From IMG/VR virus record IMGVR_UViG_3300031993_000024, positions 1-64,000 of that record: a DNA stretch of 64,000 nt. One strand, 5' to 3'. Under the pieces are notes generated by a model, which had not been told where the DNA came from, did not search any database, and was given only the letters and a program-made list of their open reading frames with translations. Shown piece by piece: positions 28,844-38,279 of this stretch. Numbering within the stretch: position 1 is the first letter of the stretch; the number at the start of each line of letters is the position of its first letter. The position numbers were made by a program, and so were the translations under genes. The DNA comes from a virus. Lineage: Duplodnaviria; Heunggongvirae; Uroviricota; Caudoviricetes.

Positions 28844-29038
28844 ATGGGATTTTTTGATTTATTCAGGAGAAAGAAAAAATTTGACTTGCGCAAAGCCTGT
28901 GTGGAGGTTTACGGTGATGAATTCGGACAAATATATGACAAGCTCAGTAGCGGCGAGCCAGTCGCTGGATTTATAGAAACATGCGCAATAATCGATATGA
29001 TAGAGAAAGTACGCAGCCAACATGAAGACGAAAAATAA
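28844..29038 (+). CDS. hypothetical small protein
   Basis: 64-aa ORF. Confidence 0.4.
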   Translation: MGFFDLFRRKKKFDLRKACVEVYGDEFGQIYDKLSSGEPVAGFIETCAIIDMIEKVRSQHEDEK

Positions 29039-29049
29039 ATTTTATAATT

Positions 29050-29262
29050 ATGGATAACGAAGAAATCAAGCAATTCATAGTGAAAAATGTAAAATACGAA
29101 GAGCATTTATCCGATATTGTCTGTCAGATTAAGGATGAAGACTTTCAAGCGAAAATTCAAAATGTTTTGAAATATCTTGATTGCGACGCGTATAATGAGA
29201 GCGCTCGTGAGGGATTCAGGATATTCGCAAGGCATCTTCTTGAAGTAATTAAAAAGAAATGA
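29050..29262 (+). CDS. hypothetical small protein
   Basis: 70-aa ORF. Confidence 0.4.
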   Translation: MDNEEIKQFIVKNVKYEEHLSDIVCQIKDEDFQAKIQNVLKYLDCDAYNESAREGFRIFARHLLEVIKKK

Positions 29263-29337
29263 CGCGATTTCGTTAAATCTGGGACATTTTTACTCAATAG
29301 CAAGTAATTTAATTACATTTGTTAAAATAATCAAATA

Positions 29338-29568
29338 ATGGCGAGAAAATTAGTATTGTACAAGGGTGACGACAAACACCCTGAAAACGTGAAGAGCTGG
29401 CTCTCAAGATACGGAGCCGAAGATGTCGACAAGTATGAGTATAAACCGGATACTTATTACTTCGTTCAAAACAGGAAAGTCAGATATATCCCGGAATACA
29501 TGCTTAATATGCTGAAGGAGTATATCGACTATACTGTGATGCGTCCGAGGAAAGCAATTTTTTCTTAA
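29338..29568 (+). CDS. hypothetical small protein
   Basis: 76-aa ORF. Confidence 0.45.
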   Translation: MARKLVLYKGDDKHPENVKSWLSRYGAEDVDKYEYKPDTYYFVQNRKVRYIPEYMLNMLKEYIDYTVMRPRKAIFS

Positions 29569-29632
29569 GTCCTTACTATGAATGGTTTTCAGGAATTCCA
29601 TAAATATAAAGGTAATTTAAAACTTTATAAAG

Positions 29633-31135
29633 ATGGAAAATAATTCTGGAAAACAAACGCAGGTAAAAGAGCAAGGCAACATAGTCGATTTGGCTATGCA
29701 GATGTTCGCAGGCGGCATTGAAAAGAATGTAGCGGAAATCGCTTTGAAAAACATGCAGTATGACAAGGCAGTCATCAATGATGTCCTTGAAAAAGTATGG
29801 GGCAAGAGCGACCATTTTCGCAAGTATTACAACCAAAGGATTCAGCAGTTCGGAAGCTTTAACGAGAAACTGAGAGACACGTTGCAAAAGGATTCCAATC
29901 TATTTGCTGCGAAAGCTCTTGAAACATTAGGCTTCTTGGAAGGTTTGTATCCGATGTCAAAAATCGAGAACAACAGTCTCTTACTTTACGAAGCTGCTCC
30001 ACAATTCGCAGCGAAGCTTATGGAGTACAGTCAGTCTGTTGAGGTCGTTAACGACTATATTCAGGAGGTACGTAAGCTGATAACTTCCGACATTTATGCC
30101 GTTGAAGCTATGAGGGTTATGGCAGGTTGCCGTAAATACGCAAACAGTCCTCTTTATTCCGAATTTGTTGAACGACTTTGCTCTGAGATAGAAGACAATA
30201 TCGGACGTAATGACGATGAAAGGAAACCTCTTGACAAGATTCTTGAAGGGTACGGACAGTTGCCGATAGTAAAGAAATATCTTGAAAAAATCAATCCGGC
30301 GCCTGTTGAATGTAACAGGAAACCAATGGACAGATATGTTCTCCCTGTTATGGTGAAGGAAAACGGGGATATTCTTTTTGGTATCAAGGATAAGTTGTAT
30401 GTACTCGAGAAAGCGAACGAATTCATACACGAGACACAGTTGAAATACCACGAGCCATCAAGCAACAGAACGATAAGGTTCGGTACCGTGCTTGAAGGCA
30501 TAGGCATGTTTAAGAATGAAGGTACAAAGCTTTCATATTATAACAATGTCATAACAGTCGGTGTCAACGGCATGTTTTCAATCAATGAGGCTGAATATTC
30601 AGATTTGTCCGGATATGTTCTTTCAGAGGCTGTAAGGCGTGCATCCCTTCTTTCTGATGTCAAGTTTGACGTAAGGCGTATGTCTGAGTTCATAGAAAAC
30701 AGGATGTTCATAAAAGACATATCTGACGTATGCAAGACTGAGATGTTCGCAAACGACGTCAATTCGAATGTAGCTATATTCCTTGAAGGCAAATACAACA
30801 GGAACAAGTATTGCGTGTTCTATGTCAGTGAGGGCAAGTCGATGTTGAAAGACTACAAAGACCTCAACGAGGCGGTAAGCGATATGTCTAAATGGACGTC
30901 GCTTGACGTGAAGACTATGATGCGTGAAAGACTTATAGACTACAACAGCAAGTCTGTAACGAACGAAATGAAGAAAATGATTTATGACCATGACCTTGAA
31001 ATACTTGAAAACCTTATGAATGTTACAGACGGTCTCAATCCTAAGGATAAAGGTCAGAAGCAGAAGCTTGACGAAGTTCGTGCATTGATTGCAGACTATA
31101 CAAATAAAATTCGTGAAAAGAAAGAAAATATCTAA
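29633..31135 (+). CDS. hypothetical protein (500 aa), probably structural
   Basis: Long ORF preceded by CATAAATATA; no motif recognised. Confidence 0.7.
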   Translation: MENNSGKQTQVKEQGNIVDLAMQMFAGGIEKNVAEIALKNMQYDKAVINDVLEKVWGKSDHFRKYYNQRIQQFGSFNEKLRDTLQKDSNLFAAKALETLGFLEGLYPMSKIENNSLLLYEAAPQFAAKLMEYSQSVEVVNDYIQEVRKLITSDIYAVEAMRVMAGCRKYANSPLYSEFVERLCSEIEDNIGRNDDERKPLDKILEGYGQLPIVKKYLEKINPAPVECNRKPMDRYVLPVMVKENGDILFGIKDKLYVLEKANEFIHETQLKYHEPSSNRTIRFGTVLEGIGMFKNEGTKLSYYNNVITVGVNGMFSINEAEYSDLSGYVLSEAVRRASLLSDVKFDVRRMSEFIENRMFIKDISDVCKTEMFANDVNSNVAIFLEGKYNRNKYCVFYVSEGKSMLKDYKDLNEAVSDMSKWTSLDVKTMMRERLIDYNSKSVTNEMKKMIYDHDLEILENLMNVTDGLNPKDKGQKQKLDEVRALIADYTNKIREKKENI

Positions 31136-31137
31136 TT

Positions 31138-31743
31138 ATGCCATTCTTAACAGGTTCAAATAACAGGTTCAAATTTTTGTTCCCAGCGTCGTTTGTGCCG
31201 GAAAGTATAGCTAAGAGATATGCTCCACTGATTAAGAGACTCCCTGACTATCCCGTAGATAATGTCAGGGATTTTCTTAATCTGGCAATTCAAGGCGTGC
31301 AGATTCCGCTCGGCATACAGCAGACACCGGTAACGCAGGGAGACCAAGGCTCGAGGGTACAAAGGCAATACAGAGGCAATGTAAGTATCCACGGACTTTC
31401 CGAAGGAACGATGACAGTATCTATGAAACTTGATGAAGGATACCTCGTATTTTTCATAATGGCTGACATCTGTTACTATTACTATTCACATTTCGGCGAG
31501 AAATATCTGCCTGAGGCTTTTTATCTTACGTTCCTTGATAACAGGAACCTTGAATTGTACAGGCTGAAATTTTCTGAAGTTCTGTTTACACAGGTAGGCC
31601 AGCCGCCGCAGCTTGACTATTCAAGTAAAGCAATAGATATGCAGAAAATAGACTGCACATTTGCAGTAAAGAAAATAAAATTCGTTCTTGAGAACGAAGA
31701 ATATGAAATACCTTCGGAATACGAAAAAGATTACGTTTTCTAA
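31138..31743 (+). CDS. tail-tube-family paralog (gp19/gp48/gp54-like)
   Basis: NRFKFLFP...AIQGVQIPLGIQQTPV...QRQYRGNVSIHGLSEGTMTVSMKLDEGYLVFFIMAD parallels gp19 RPNLFQVEI...FQCKATALPAGIVEKIPV...NRKINVAGDRTFDDWTVTVMNDEAHDARQKFVDWQ. Confidence 0.55.
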   Translation: MPFLTGSNNRFKFLFPASFVPESIAKRYAPLIKRLPDYPVDNVRDFLNLAIQGVQIPLGIQQTPVTQGDQGSRVQRQYRGNVSIHGLSEGTMTVSMKLDEGYLVFFIMADICYYYYSHFGEKYLPEAFYLTFLDNRNLELYRLKFSEVLFTQVGQPPQLDYSSKAIDMQKIDCTFAVKKIKFVLENEEYEIPSEYEKDYVF

Positions 31744-31757
31744 ATTGATTAGATAAA

Positions 31758-32726
31758 ATGAAATACAGGTCAAAGATTCTCATTAAGGATAAACAGAGGA
31801 AACAGGTAATACCAGCAAACAATAAGTTTGCAGTTGTGGCACGGAAAGGTAATACTGACAAGACAATGCCTATTAGGAAGTCAGCATTGCCGACAAACAT
31901 AGTTGACCCTAAACCTGAAGCAGTTCCTGTACTTGATGAAAGACAGGAATTTATCCAATGGTGTAAAGGCAAATATGACCTAAAGAATCCCAAGACGATA
32001 CAAGATAAGCTACAATGGCTTAAGCTTAACGATTTGTCGGAACTGAAAACGAGATGTGCCGATAAGATTCTTTTGCACGAATACTGTAAAGAAAAATTGG
32101 GAAAGGATATATGTATACCGATTCTGAAGGTATTTGACGGTAAGAACATTGATTTAGAAGGCCTTCCGAAGAGCTTCGTTCTGAAATGCAACCATGGCAG
32201 CGGAATGAACATTATAGTAAAGGATGAATCCAAACTTGACTATACAGAAGCCGTAAATAAATTATCGTCATGGCTTGATTCAGATTTTGCAGTCAAGAAC
32301 CATTATGAATGGCATTATCACGATATAGTCAGGAAAGCTTACGCCGAAAAGTATATGTTTGACTCGAAGCAGAAGGAATCGTTATATGATTACAAATTTT
32401 GGTGCTTTAACGGCGAGCCTAAACTGTACACGATAAATGCGGGACACGGGCATGGAGACATATTGTATTTCGATATGGATGACAACGTATGTAATTTTTA
32501 CGGGATACAGTATGACTTGAAGGATTTTGCAAAGCCGAAAAGTTTCGAGAAGATGAAAGAGATAGCAAAGATTCTTTCAAGTGACTTCAAATTTGTACGT
32601 GTCGACCTTTATGAGATTAAGGGTAAAATTTATTTAGGCGAGCTTACTTTCGCTCCAGGTTCTGGAATGTTTAGATATAAGAATAAGGAAGACGAAATAA
32701 TGGTAGGAGATATGTTGAAACTTTAA
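31758..32726 (+). CDS. ATP-grasp amidoligase-like protein (TupA-like ATP-grasp) with a shared 45-aa N-terminal module
   Basis: FVLKCNHGSGMNIIVKD...KFWCFNGEPKLYT...RVDLYEIKGKIYLGELTFAPGSG fits the TupA-like ATP-grasp family. Its N-terminus MKYRSKILIK...NNKFAVVARKGNTDKTMPIRKSALPTNI is paralogous to that of 33435. Confidence 0.6.
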   Translation: MKYRSKILIKDKQRKQVIPANNKFAVVARKGNTDKTMPIRKSALPTNIVDPKPEAVPVLDERQEFIQWCKGKYDLKNPKTIQDKLQWLKLNDLSELKTRCADKILLHEYCKEKLGKDICIPILKVFDGKNIDLEGLPKSFVLKCNHGSGMNIIVKDESKLDYTEAVNKLSSWLDSDFAVKNHYEWHYHDIVRKAYAEKYMFDSKQKESLYDYKFWCFNGEPKLYTINAGHGHGDILYFDMDDNVCNFYGIQYDLKDFAKPKSFEKMKEIAKILSSDFKFVRVDLYEIKGKIYLGELTFAPGSGMFRYKNKEDEIMVGDMLKL

Positions 32727-32741
32727 TAAGTCATATAAGCT

Positions 32742-33383
32742 ATGATTATAGTATCATTTACATCTTGGAAAGACAGAATAGAAAATGTACCAGCTGTCTG
32801 CAATTCGATTTTGAATCAATCATTAAAAGCTGACAGTGTAGAATTGAACTTATCAACGGATGAGTTTCCAAATAAAGAAAATGAATTACCAGGTGATGTG
32901 ATAAAATTAGTATCTGACGGACTACTTAAAATAAACTGGGTGAAGGAAAACACGAAATCTTTCAAAAAGTTTATACCTGTTCTTAAAAAATATTATGGGC
33001 AAGAATACCTTTTGCTTACAATAGACGATGATTTGCTATACGGCAGCGACTATATAAAAATGATGGTCTCTGAAGTTAAAGGTTGTGATGTATTTTGTCC
33101 CAATTCAGGCTTGGTAGGCAATAGAGCGATTTATAGGTCAAGTATATTTGATTCTTCATTTTGGGAAAAATTGCCAAATGATATAATTGCTACTGGCGTA
33201 GATGACACCTATATAAGGTTTTATCTCAATTATAAAAAAGCAAAACTTAAATTTAAGTTTAATCAAAGTATAAGAGACCAGATAAAAATATATAATTCTG
33301 TAAATCCTTTATGTAATTTTTATAGGAAAGATAATAGGGTTGATATTGCTGTAAATCTTTCAAGGAGACTTTGGCAAATATAA
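32742..33383 (+). CDS. putative glycosyltransferase-like protein
   Basis: MIIVSFTSWKDRIENV...LLLTIDDDLLY fits a GT-A-like N-terminus with a DxD motif. Sits in the sugar-enzyme neighbourhood. Confidence 0.4.
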   Translation: MIIVSFTSWKDRIENVPAVCNSILNQSLKADSVELNLSTDEFPNKENELPGDVIKLVSDGLLKINWVKENTKSFKKFIPVLKKYYGQEYLLLTIDDDLLYGSDYIKMMVSEVKGCDVFCPNSGLVGNRAIYRSSIFDSSFWEKLPNDIIATGVDDTYIRFYLNYKKAKLKFKFNQSIRDQIKIYNSVNPLCNFYRKDNRVDIAVNLSRRLWQI

Positions 33384-33434
33384 ATATAAAGATATACACA
33401 ATAATTGTTAATTCATTAAATACCAAGATTTTAA

Positions 33435-35183
33435 ATGAAATACAGGGCAAAGATACTTATTAAGAAAAGTCCGCAGAAACCGGTGATGCCAGTAAATAAA
33501 AAGTTTGCTGTTGTATCACAAAAAGGTAATTCTGGTAAGGCGATGCCTATCAGAAAATCATTACTGCCGATAAACATACGTAATCCAAAACTTGATTGGA
33601 ATAATGATGAGATTACACCAAAAATTATAGAGGCTTTTGAAAATCTTGAAATCTGGAAATATAAAAAGCCTAAGAAGAAATATCCTTACGCCAAGAAGAA
33701 AATCCATCTCATTCATTGGTGGTTTAAAGACAGGTCAAACCTTGTATTAAGCGATTTAGAGAAATTTCATTTTTCAATGTTGTGGCTTGCGGACTTCGAT
33801 AATAAGTTTGACGAGATACATTTCAATGTCGCGCTTGATAACGATACCAAGGAGGCAAGAGACTTTATAACAAAATCAATCAAAGAGCTTACCAAGAACG
33901 GGAAAGCCGATGTTAAAATAGAATTCAGAAAGAATAGCAAGAATACAGGTGAATTTGAAACCTGGGTAAAAATGCTGGACTTCGTTAGCAAGGCTGACAG
34001 CATAATTTTCTATTCTCATTTCAAAGGAGCTAAGTATAATGACGCCTCTAAGATACTCGACATAAAATACTGGTGTTACTTGATGTACCAAGGCTGTCTG
34101 ATGGACGGATGGGATTCTGCTCTTAAGACCCTTGAAGATAATTATTCCTATGGAGCGATAAGTTCATGCGCAAAGAGCGGACCGTTTAAGAAAGATGTCG
34201 ATATGATAAGGAACAGCTTGGAGGCTGACGGCATCAAAAATGACGGAATACATTATACAGGCACGTTCTATTTTTGGAATGGTGAGATGTGCAAGAAATA
34301 TTTTGCAAAGAATAATATCAAGCTGACTAAAAATAAATTGCTTGGTATAAAAGGAATAAGAATGAATTTCTTAAGCGAGACACTTTCTTCTAATTTGACG
34401 GGGAATGCGAGGACTTACTTCGGTGACAGGTCTGACGCCGGTATTACCAATATGTATAAAATGTATACCTACAACAAGTACGGCAAATACATAGAAAAGT
34501 TCAGGAATCTTTATAAGGATAATAACAGGAGCAAAAATATCTGTTACACCGTCATAATAAACGGGTATGACGACCTGAAGAATCCGCAGGTTATTTCACC
34601 GGCATGCAGGTATATCTGTTTTTCTGATGACAATCTGAAAAGCTATGTCTGGGAAATACATAAAATACCTGACGAGCTTAAGACGGTTGATGCTAAGAAA
34701 CAGTCAAGGATAATAAAGGTAATGCCTCAGAAGTATTTGCCTGAACACGAGTGGTCTATGTATATCGACGGCAACATAACCATCAATACCGACCCAGTCA
34801 AGTTCATATCGGATGTGTGTGATAACAACATATTCAGTATACCGCTTCATTTCAAGAGGACTTGTCTATATGATGAAGGCGATGTTGTAACAAGTTTCAG
34901 TATTGATAGTAAAGACGTCGTAAGCGCTCAAATGAAGAGATACCGCGATGAAGGATTTCCTCAAAATTACGGCTTGAATGAGAATAATCTTTTAGTTCGT
35001 AAGAATGACAAAGCTGTCAATAAAGTAAATGAAATGTGGGCGAACGAGATTCTTAAAGGTTCTTACAGGGACCAGCTGTCGCTGAGATATTGCTTATGGA
35101 AGCTTGATTTCGAGATAAACAACCTTCCAGCGACGATAGTCCGACAATCGAAGTATTTTACGTATAACCAGCATAAGAAATAA
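33435..35183 (+). CDS. multidomain protein: shared N-terminal module plus a putative glycosyltransferase-like C-terminal domain
   Basis: N-terminus MKYRAKILIK...NKKFAVVSQKGNSGKAMPIRKSLLPINI is paralogous to 31758. C-terminal ICYTVIINGYDDLKNP...ICFSDDNLK resembles GT-A (DUF616-type) proteins. Confidence 0.65.
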   Translation: MKYRAKILIKKSPQKPVMPVNKKFAVVSQKGNSGKAMPIRKSLLPINIRNPKLDWNNDEITPKIIEAFENLEIWKYKKPKKKYPYAKKKIHLIHWWFKDRSNLVLSDLEKFHFSMLWLADFDNKFDEIHFNVALDNDTKEARDFITKSIKELTKNGKADVKIEFRKNSKNTGEFETWVKMLDFVSKADSIIFYSHFKGAKYNDASKILDIKYWCYLMYQGCLMDGWDSALKTLEDNYSYGAISSCAKSGPFKKDVDMIRNSLEADGIKNDGIHYTGTFYFWNGEMCKKYFAKNNIKLTKNKLLGIKGIRMNFLSETLSSNLTGNARTYFGDRSDAGITNMYKMYTYNKYGKYIEKFRNLYKDNNRSKNICYTVIINGYDDLKNPQVISPACRYICFSDDNLKSYVWEIHKIPDELKTVDAKKQSRIIKVMPQKYLPEHEWSMYIDGNITINTDPVKFISDVCDNNIFSIPLHFKRTCLYDEGDVVTSFSIDSKDVVSAQMKRYRDEGFPQNYGLNENNLLVRKNDKAVNKVNEMWANEILKGSYRDQLSLRYCLWKLDFEINNLPATIVRQSKYFTYNQHKK

Positions 35184-36208
35184 TGGACGTTGTATTTGTA
35201 ACAGGCGCTGCCGGATTTATAGGCTCTAATGTTGTCAAAAGACTGCTTGACATAGGAAATGTCTATGTTATCGGTATAGACAACATGAATGATTATTATG
35301 ACGTAAGCCTTAAAGAATACAGGTTGGACCAGATAAAATCATTACATAGCGAAAACTTTCGGTTTATAAAGTCTGATATATCTAACAGGGATTATGTCTT
35401 TTCACTATTCGAGGAATACAAGCCGGACATCGTAATCAATCTTGCCGCTCAAGCTGGGGTAAGGTACAGTATAACGAATCCAGACGCCTATATGAACAGC
35501 AATGTCATCGGATTCTATAACATACTCGAAGCCTGTCGTAAATATCCTGTAACGCATCTGATATATGCTTCTTCAAGTTCGGTTTACGGCGGAAATACAA
35601 AGACTCCGTTTTCTGAGTCTGACAAGGTTGACGGACCTGTCAGCCTATATGCTGCTACCAAAAAGAGTAACGAGTTGTTCGCTCATACATACAGCAAGCT
35701 ATACGGAATACCTACGACAGGGTTAAGGTTCTTTACCGTCTACGGACCTGCAGGCAGGCCTGATATGGCTTACTTCAGTTTTACCGACAATCTTCTCAAA
35801 GGCAAGAGCATAAAAGTGTTTAATAACGGAAACTGTGTGAGGGATTTCACCTATATCGATGACATAACGGACGGCATTATGAGTATTGTCTATCGCGGAC
35901 ATATATCTGCCGATAAATCGAATGGAATACCTTACAACATATATAATATTGGAAGAGGACGTCCGGAAAACCTTATTGATTTCATATCAATATTATATCA
36001 GGAGCTTAGGGATTTCGGAATGCTGCCAGAAAACTACAAGCTGGATGAACATCTTGAATTTGTAGAGATGCAGCCTGGCGACGTGCCTGTCACGTATTCT
36101 GATACCTCAAAGCTTGGCCATGACTATCAATATTTCCCTAAAACTGATTTACGGGAAGGCCTGCATAAATTTGTTGAATGGTACAAGGAATATTATAAAC
36201 AGGCGTAA
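35183..36208 (+). CDS. NAD-dependent sugar-nucleotide epimerase (UDP-glucuronate 4-epimerase-like short-chain dehydrogenase/reductase)
   Basis: VTGAAGFIGSNV Rossmann motif, then YAATKKSNE, the YxxxK of short-chain dehydrogenases. FTVYGPAGRPDMAYFSF matches the UDP-GlcA 4-epimerase signature FTVYGPWGRPDMA. Confidence 0.85.
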   Translation: MDVVFVTGAAGFIGSNVVKRLLDIGNVYVIGIDNMNDYYDVSLKEYRLDQIKSLHSENFRFIKSDISNRDYVFSLFEEYKPDIVINLAAQAGVRYSITNPDAYMNSNVIGFYNILEACRKYPVTHLIYASSSSVYGGNTKTPFSESDKVDGPVSLYAATKKSNELFAHTYSKLYGIPTTGLRFFTVYGPAGRPDMAYFSFTDNLLKGKSIKVFNNGNCVRDFTYIDDITDGIMSIVYRGHISADKSNGIPYNIYNIGRGRPENLIDFISILYQELRDFGMLPENYKLDEHLEFVEMQPGDVPVTYSDTSKLGHDYQYFPKTDLREGLHKFVEWYKEYYKQA

Positions 36209-36235
36209 ACTGATAAAACTATAAATTGTAGATAT

Positions 36236-36249
36236 TGTTTTTTATATAA
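36236..36249 (+). promoter_or_regulatory. TTGTTTTTTATATA motif (copy 4), part of a 50-bp cassette shared with 37225-37274
   Basis: GTAGATATTGTTTTTTATATAAAAGCTTAAAAGATATGGAAAAATTAAAG; near-identical at 37225. Confidence 0.4.
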
Positions 36250-36262
36250 AAGCTTAAAAGAT

Positions 36263-37111
36263 ATGGAAAAATTAAAGACATTCAAAAGCTTCATCAAAGA
36301 AAGTATTGATTTGAATGCTTTCAGAAAAAATAATGGAAAGTACTATCCTGAAGATAGAGATGAATTGAAATTGCTTATGGAAGCTCTTATAGAGGAGAGA
36401 GGTTTTGAAGGTGACTTTAATGATATTGACACATCAAGGATTACTGATATGAGCCATTTATTTGCATTTGCCAGAAGTTTTAATGGTGATATATCACAAT
36501 GGGATACAAGTAATGTGACGAACATGCGAAGAATGTTCAGTAGTGCAGAAAAGTTCAATCAATCTATTGAAAACTGGGAGGTTTCAAATGTAAAAGATAT
36601 GGGAATGATGTTTATGTCTGCAAAAAGTTTCAATCAACCTATTGGAAACTGGAATGTATCAAATGTAGAGGATATGGGAAGTATGTTTAGTGCTGCAGAA
36701 AAGTTCAACCAATCTATTGAAAACTGGGATGTCTCAAATGTCAAAATTATGAGAAGTATGTTTAGTGCTGCAAAAAGCTTCAATCAGCCAATTGGAAACT
36801 GGAATATTTCAAATGCCTATTATATGCCTTTTATGTTCCATAGAGCAGAGAAGTTCAATCAACCAATTGAAAACTGGGATGTCTCAAATGTAAAAAATAT
36901 GAGAAGCATGTTTAGTTTTGCAAAATGTTTTAATCAGCCAATTGGAAACTGGGATGTTTCAAATGTAGAAGATATGGAAGCTATGTTTCATTATACTGAA
37001 TCTTTCAACCAAGATATTTCAAATTGGAATGTTTCGAAAGAAGTAATATGCAGGGATATGTTCGTTAATTGTCCAATCAAGCAGGAATATAAACCTGATA
37101 TAAAACAATAA
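36263..37111 (+). CDS. CTS-like leader (MEKLKTFKSFIKES) plus DUF285/BspA-like repeat protein
   Basis: Leader, then ~9 repeats of FNQxIxNWxVSNVxxMxxMF, matching the DUF285 mycoplasma-type repeat. Confidence 0.8.
   Translation: MEKLKTFKSFIKESIDLNAFRKNNGKYYPEDRDELKLLMEALIEERGFEGDFNDIDTSRITDMSHLFAFARSFNGDISQWDTSNVTNMRRMFSSAEKFNQSIENWEVSNVKDMGMMFMSAKSFNQPIGNWNVSNVEDMGSMFSAAEKFNQSIENWDVSNVKIMRSMFSAAKSFNQPIGNWNISNAYYMPFMFHRAEKFNQPIENWDVSNVKNMRSMFSFAKCFNQPIGNWDVSNVEDMEAMFHYTESFNQDISNWNVSKEVICRDMFVNCPIKQEYKPDIKQ
36470..37060 (+). repeat. in-frame ~75-78-nt tandem repeats encoding DUF285-type repeats
   Basis: FNQSIENWEVSNVKDMGMMFMSAKS, then FNQPIGNWNVSNVEDMGSMFSAAEK, and so on. Confidence 0.75.
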
Positions 37112-37232
37112 AGTAAGACAATATGAAAAGAGAACGTCAGAGTGAAATTCTTTGACACTTTCTTTTTATCGAGTAGCTTCGCATAGAATCTGAATATAAA
37201 TAACCGGGAAAACCATAAATAGATTGTGGATA

Positions 37233-37245
37233 TTGTTTTTATATA
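37233..37245 (+). promoter_or_regulatory. TTGTTTTTATATA motif (copy 5; T5 variant)
   Basis: Part of the duplicated 50-bp cassette. Confidence 0.4.
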
Positions 37246-37259
37246 AAAGCTTAAAAGAT

Positions 37260-37802
37260 ATGGAAAAATTAAAGTCTTATAAACAGTTAATTGCAGAATC
37301 AGATGATGCCGGAAGATTCTTGAAAGCTGATACAAGTGTAATAAGCGATTCCATTTATGAGTCTTTCTTTGAAAAGCCATTTCAAGGGGAAGAAAGAACG
37401 CTTGAAGATTTGTATGCTGTATCTAAGACATCCGACAAGTATAAAGGTCTTAGATTAAAAGAAATATCCAAGATTGAAACTGATATACAAATAATTCAGG
37501 CTATAGATAAATGGGTTGAGAAGAAAAACGTTCGTGATTATACTTTCCTGAAGAGAATTGGGCAAGGTTCGATGATAAACACGAAACTATATTCATCTAA
37601 AAATACGCATTGGGGCGGCATGGCGACAGTCGACCTTATGAATGGTATCGCGAAACATGTCATTTACGATTACTCCGAGACCATAGAAGGAGAAGCAATC
37701 GAAGGCTTCATGAAGATAGAGTATAATGATGATATGCTTGCGATATACCAGCAGTATGACAACCATACTGTAGGCAAGTATCATATCTATGTAAAACTGT
37801 AG
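37260..37802 (+). CDS. hypothetical protein with CTS-like leader MEKLKSYKQLIAES
   Basis: The track ORF 37224 starts at a non-ATG codon. The ATG at 37260 sits inside the conserved cassette. Confidence 0.7.
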   Translation: MEKLKSYKQLIAESDDAGRFLKADTSVISDSIYESFFEKPFQGEERTLEDLYAVSKTSDKYKGLRLKEISKIETDIQIIQAIDKWVEKKNVRDYTFLKRIGQGSMINTKLYSSKNTHWGGMATVDLMNGIAKHVIYDYSETIEGEAIEGFMKIEYNDDMLAIYQQYDNHTVGKYHIYVKL

Positions 37803-37807
37803 GCGAC

Positions 37808-38278
37808 ATGAGTAAGGGATTGCTGACATATAGCAAGTTCTTAAAAGAGTCCGTAAGTCTTGACGACTTGACGAACCTCATCATTGAATGGGAACCTAAA
37901 TGGAAGGTATCTGTTGAGGAATATGATGAGAAGATGCGTAAGCTGAATAATACTGAATACTTGTTTGACCTTTCAAAATATACAGTAGACACAGATAAGG
38001 CTCGTTTAATTATTTGGATAGGTTCAAGAAAATCTGATGGCGTTATAGTCATAGACGCAAGGGCAAGGCTTAAAGATGAAAGCTTTTATAGTTCTGAACT
38101 GCCTGGTTCGAGGACGAATGCCGAAAGAGAGGTCATGAAAAAAATGATGAATGACAATACCTTACTTACAGCGATAACCGAATTTATTAACAAAAAGTAT
38201 CATACGAGGATTGCTGCTCTTGCCGTTAAGAACCGTATAACGATGTCAAACTGGCTTGGTGCCGAAACTGAAATATAA
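37808..38278 (+). CDS. hypothetical protein with a degenerate CTS-like leader MSKGLLTYSKFLKES
   Basis: 156-aa ORF. Confidence 0.65.
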   Translation: MSKGLLTYSKFLKESVSLDDLTNLIIEWEPKWKVSVEEYDEKMRKLNNTEYLFDLSKYTVDTDKARLIIWIGSRKSDGVIVIDARARLKDESFYSSELPGSRTNAEREVMKKMMNDNTLLTAITEFINKKYHTRIAALAVKNRITMSNWLGAETEI

Positions 38279-38279
38279 T

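Noticed and set aside
31586-32233. 215-aa minus-strand ORF
   Set aside because: It is antisense to the ATP-grasp gene and the tube-family gene, which are better supported.
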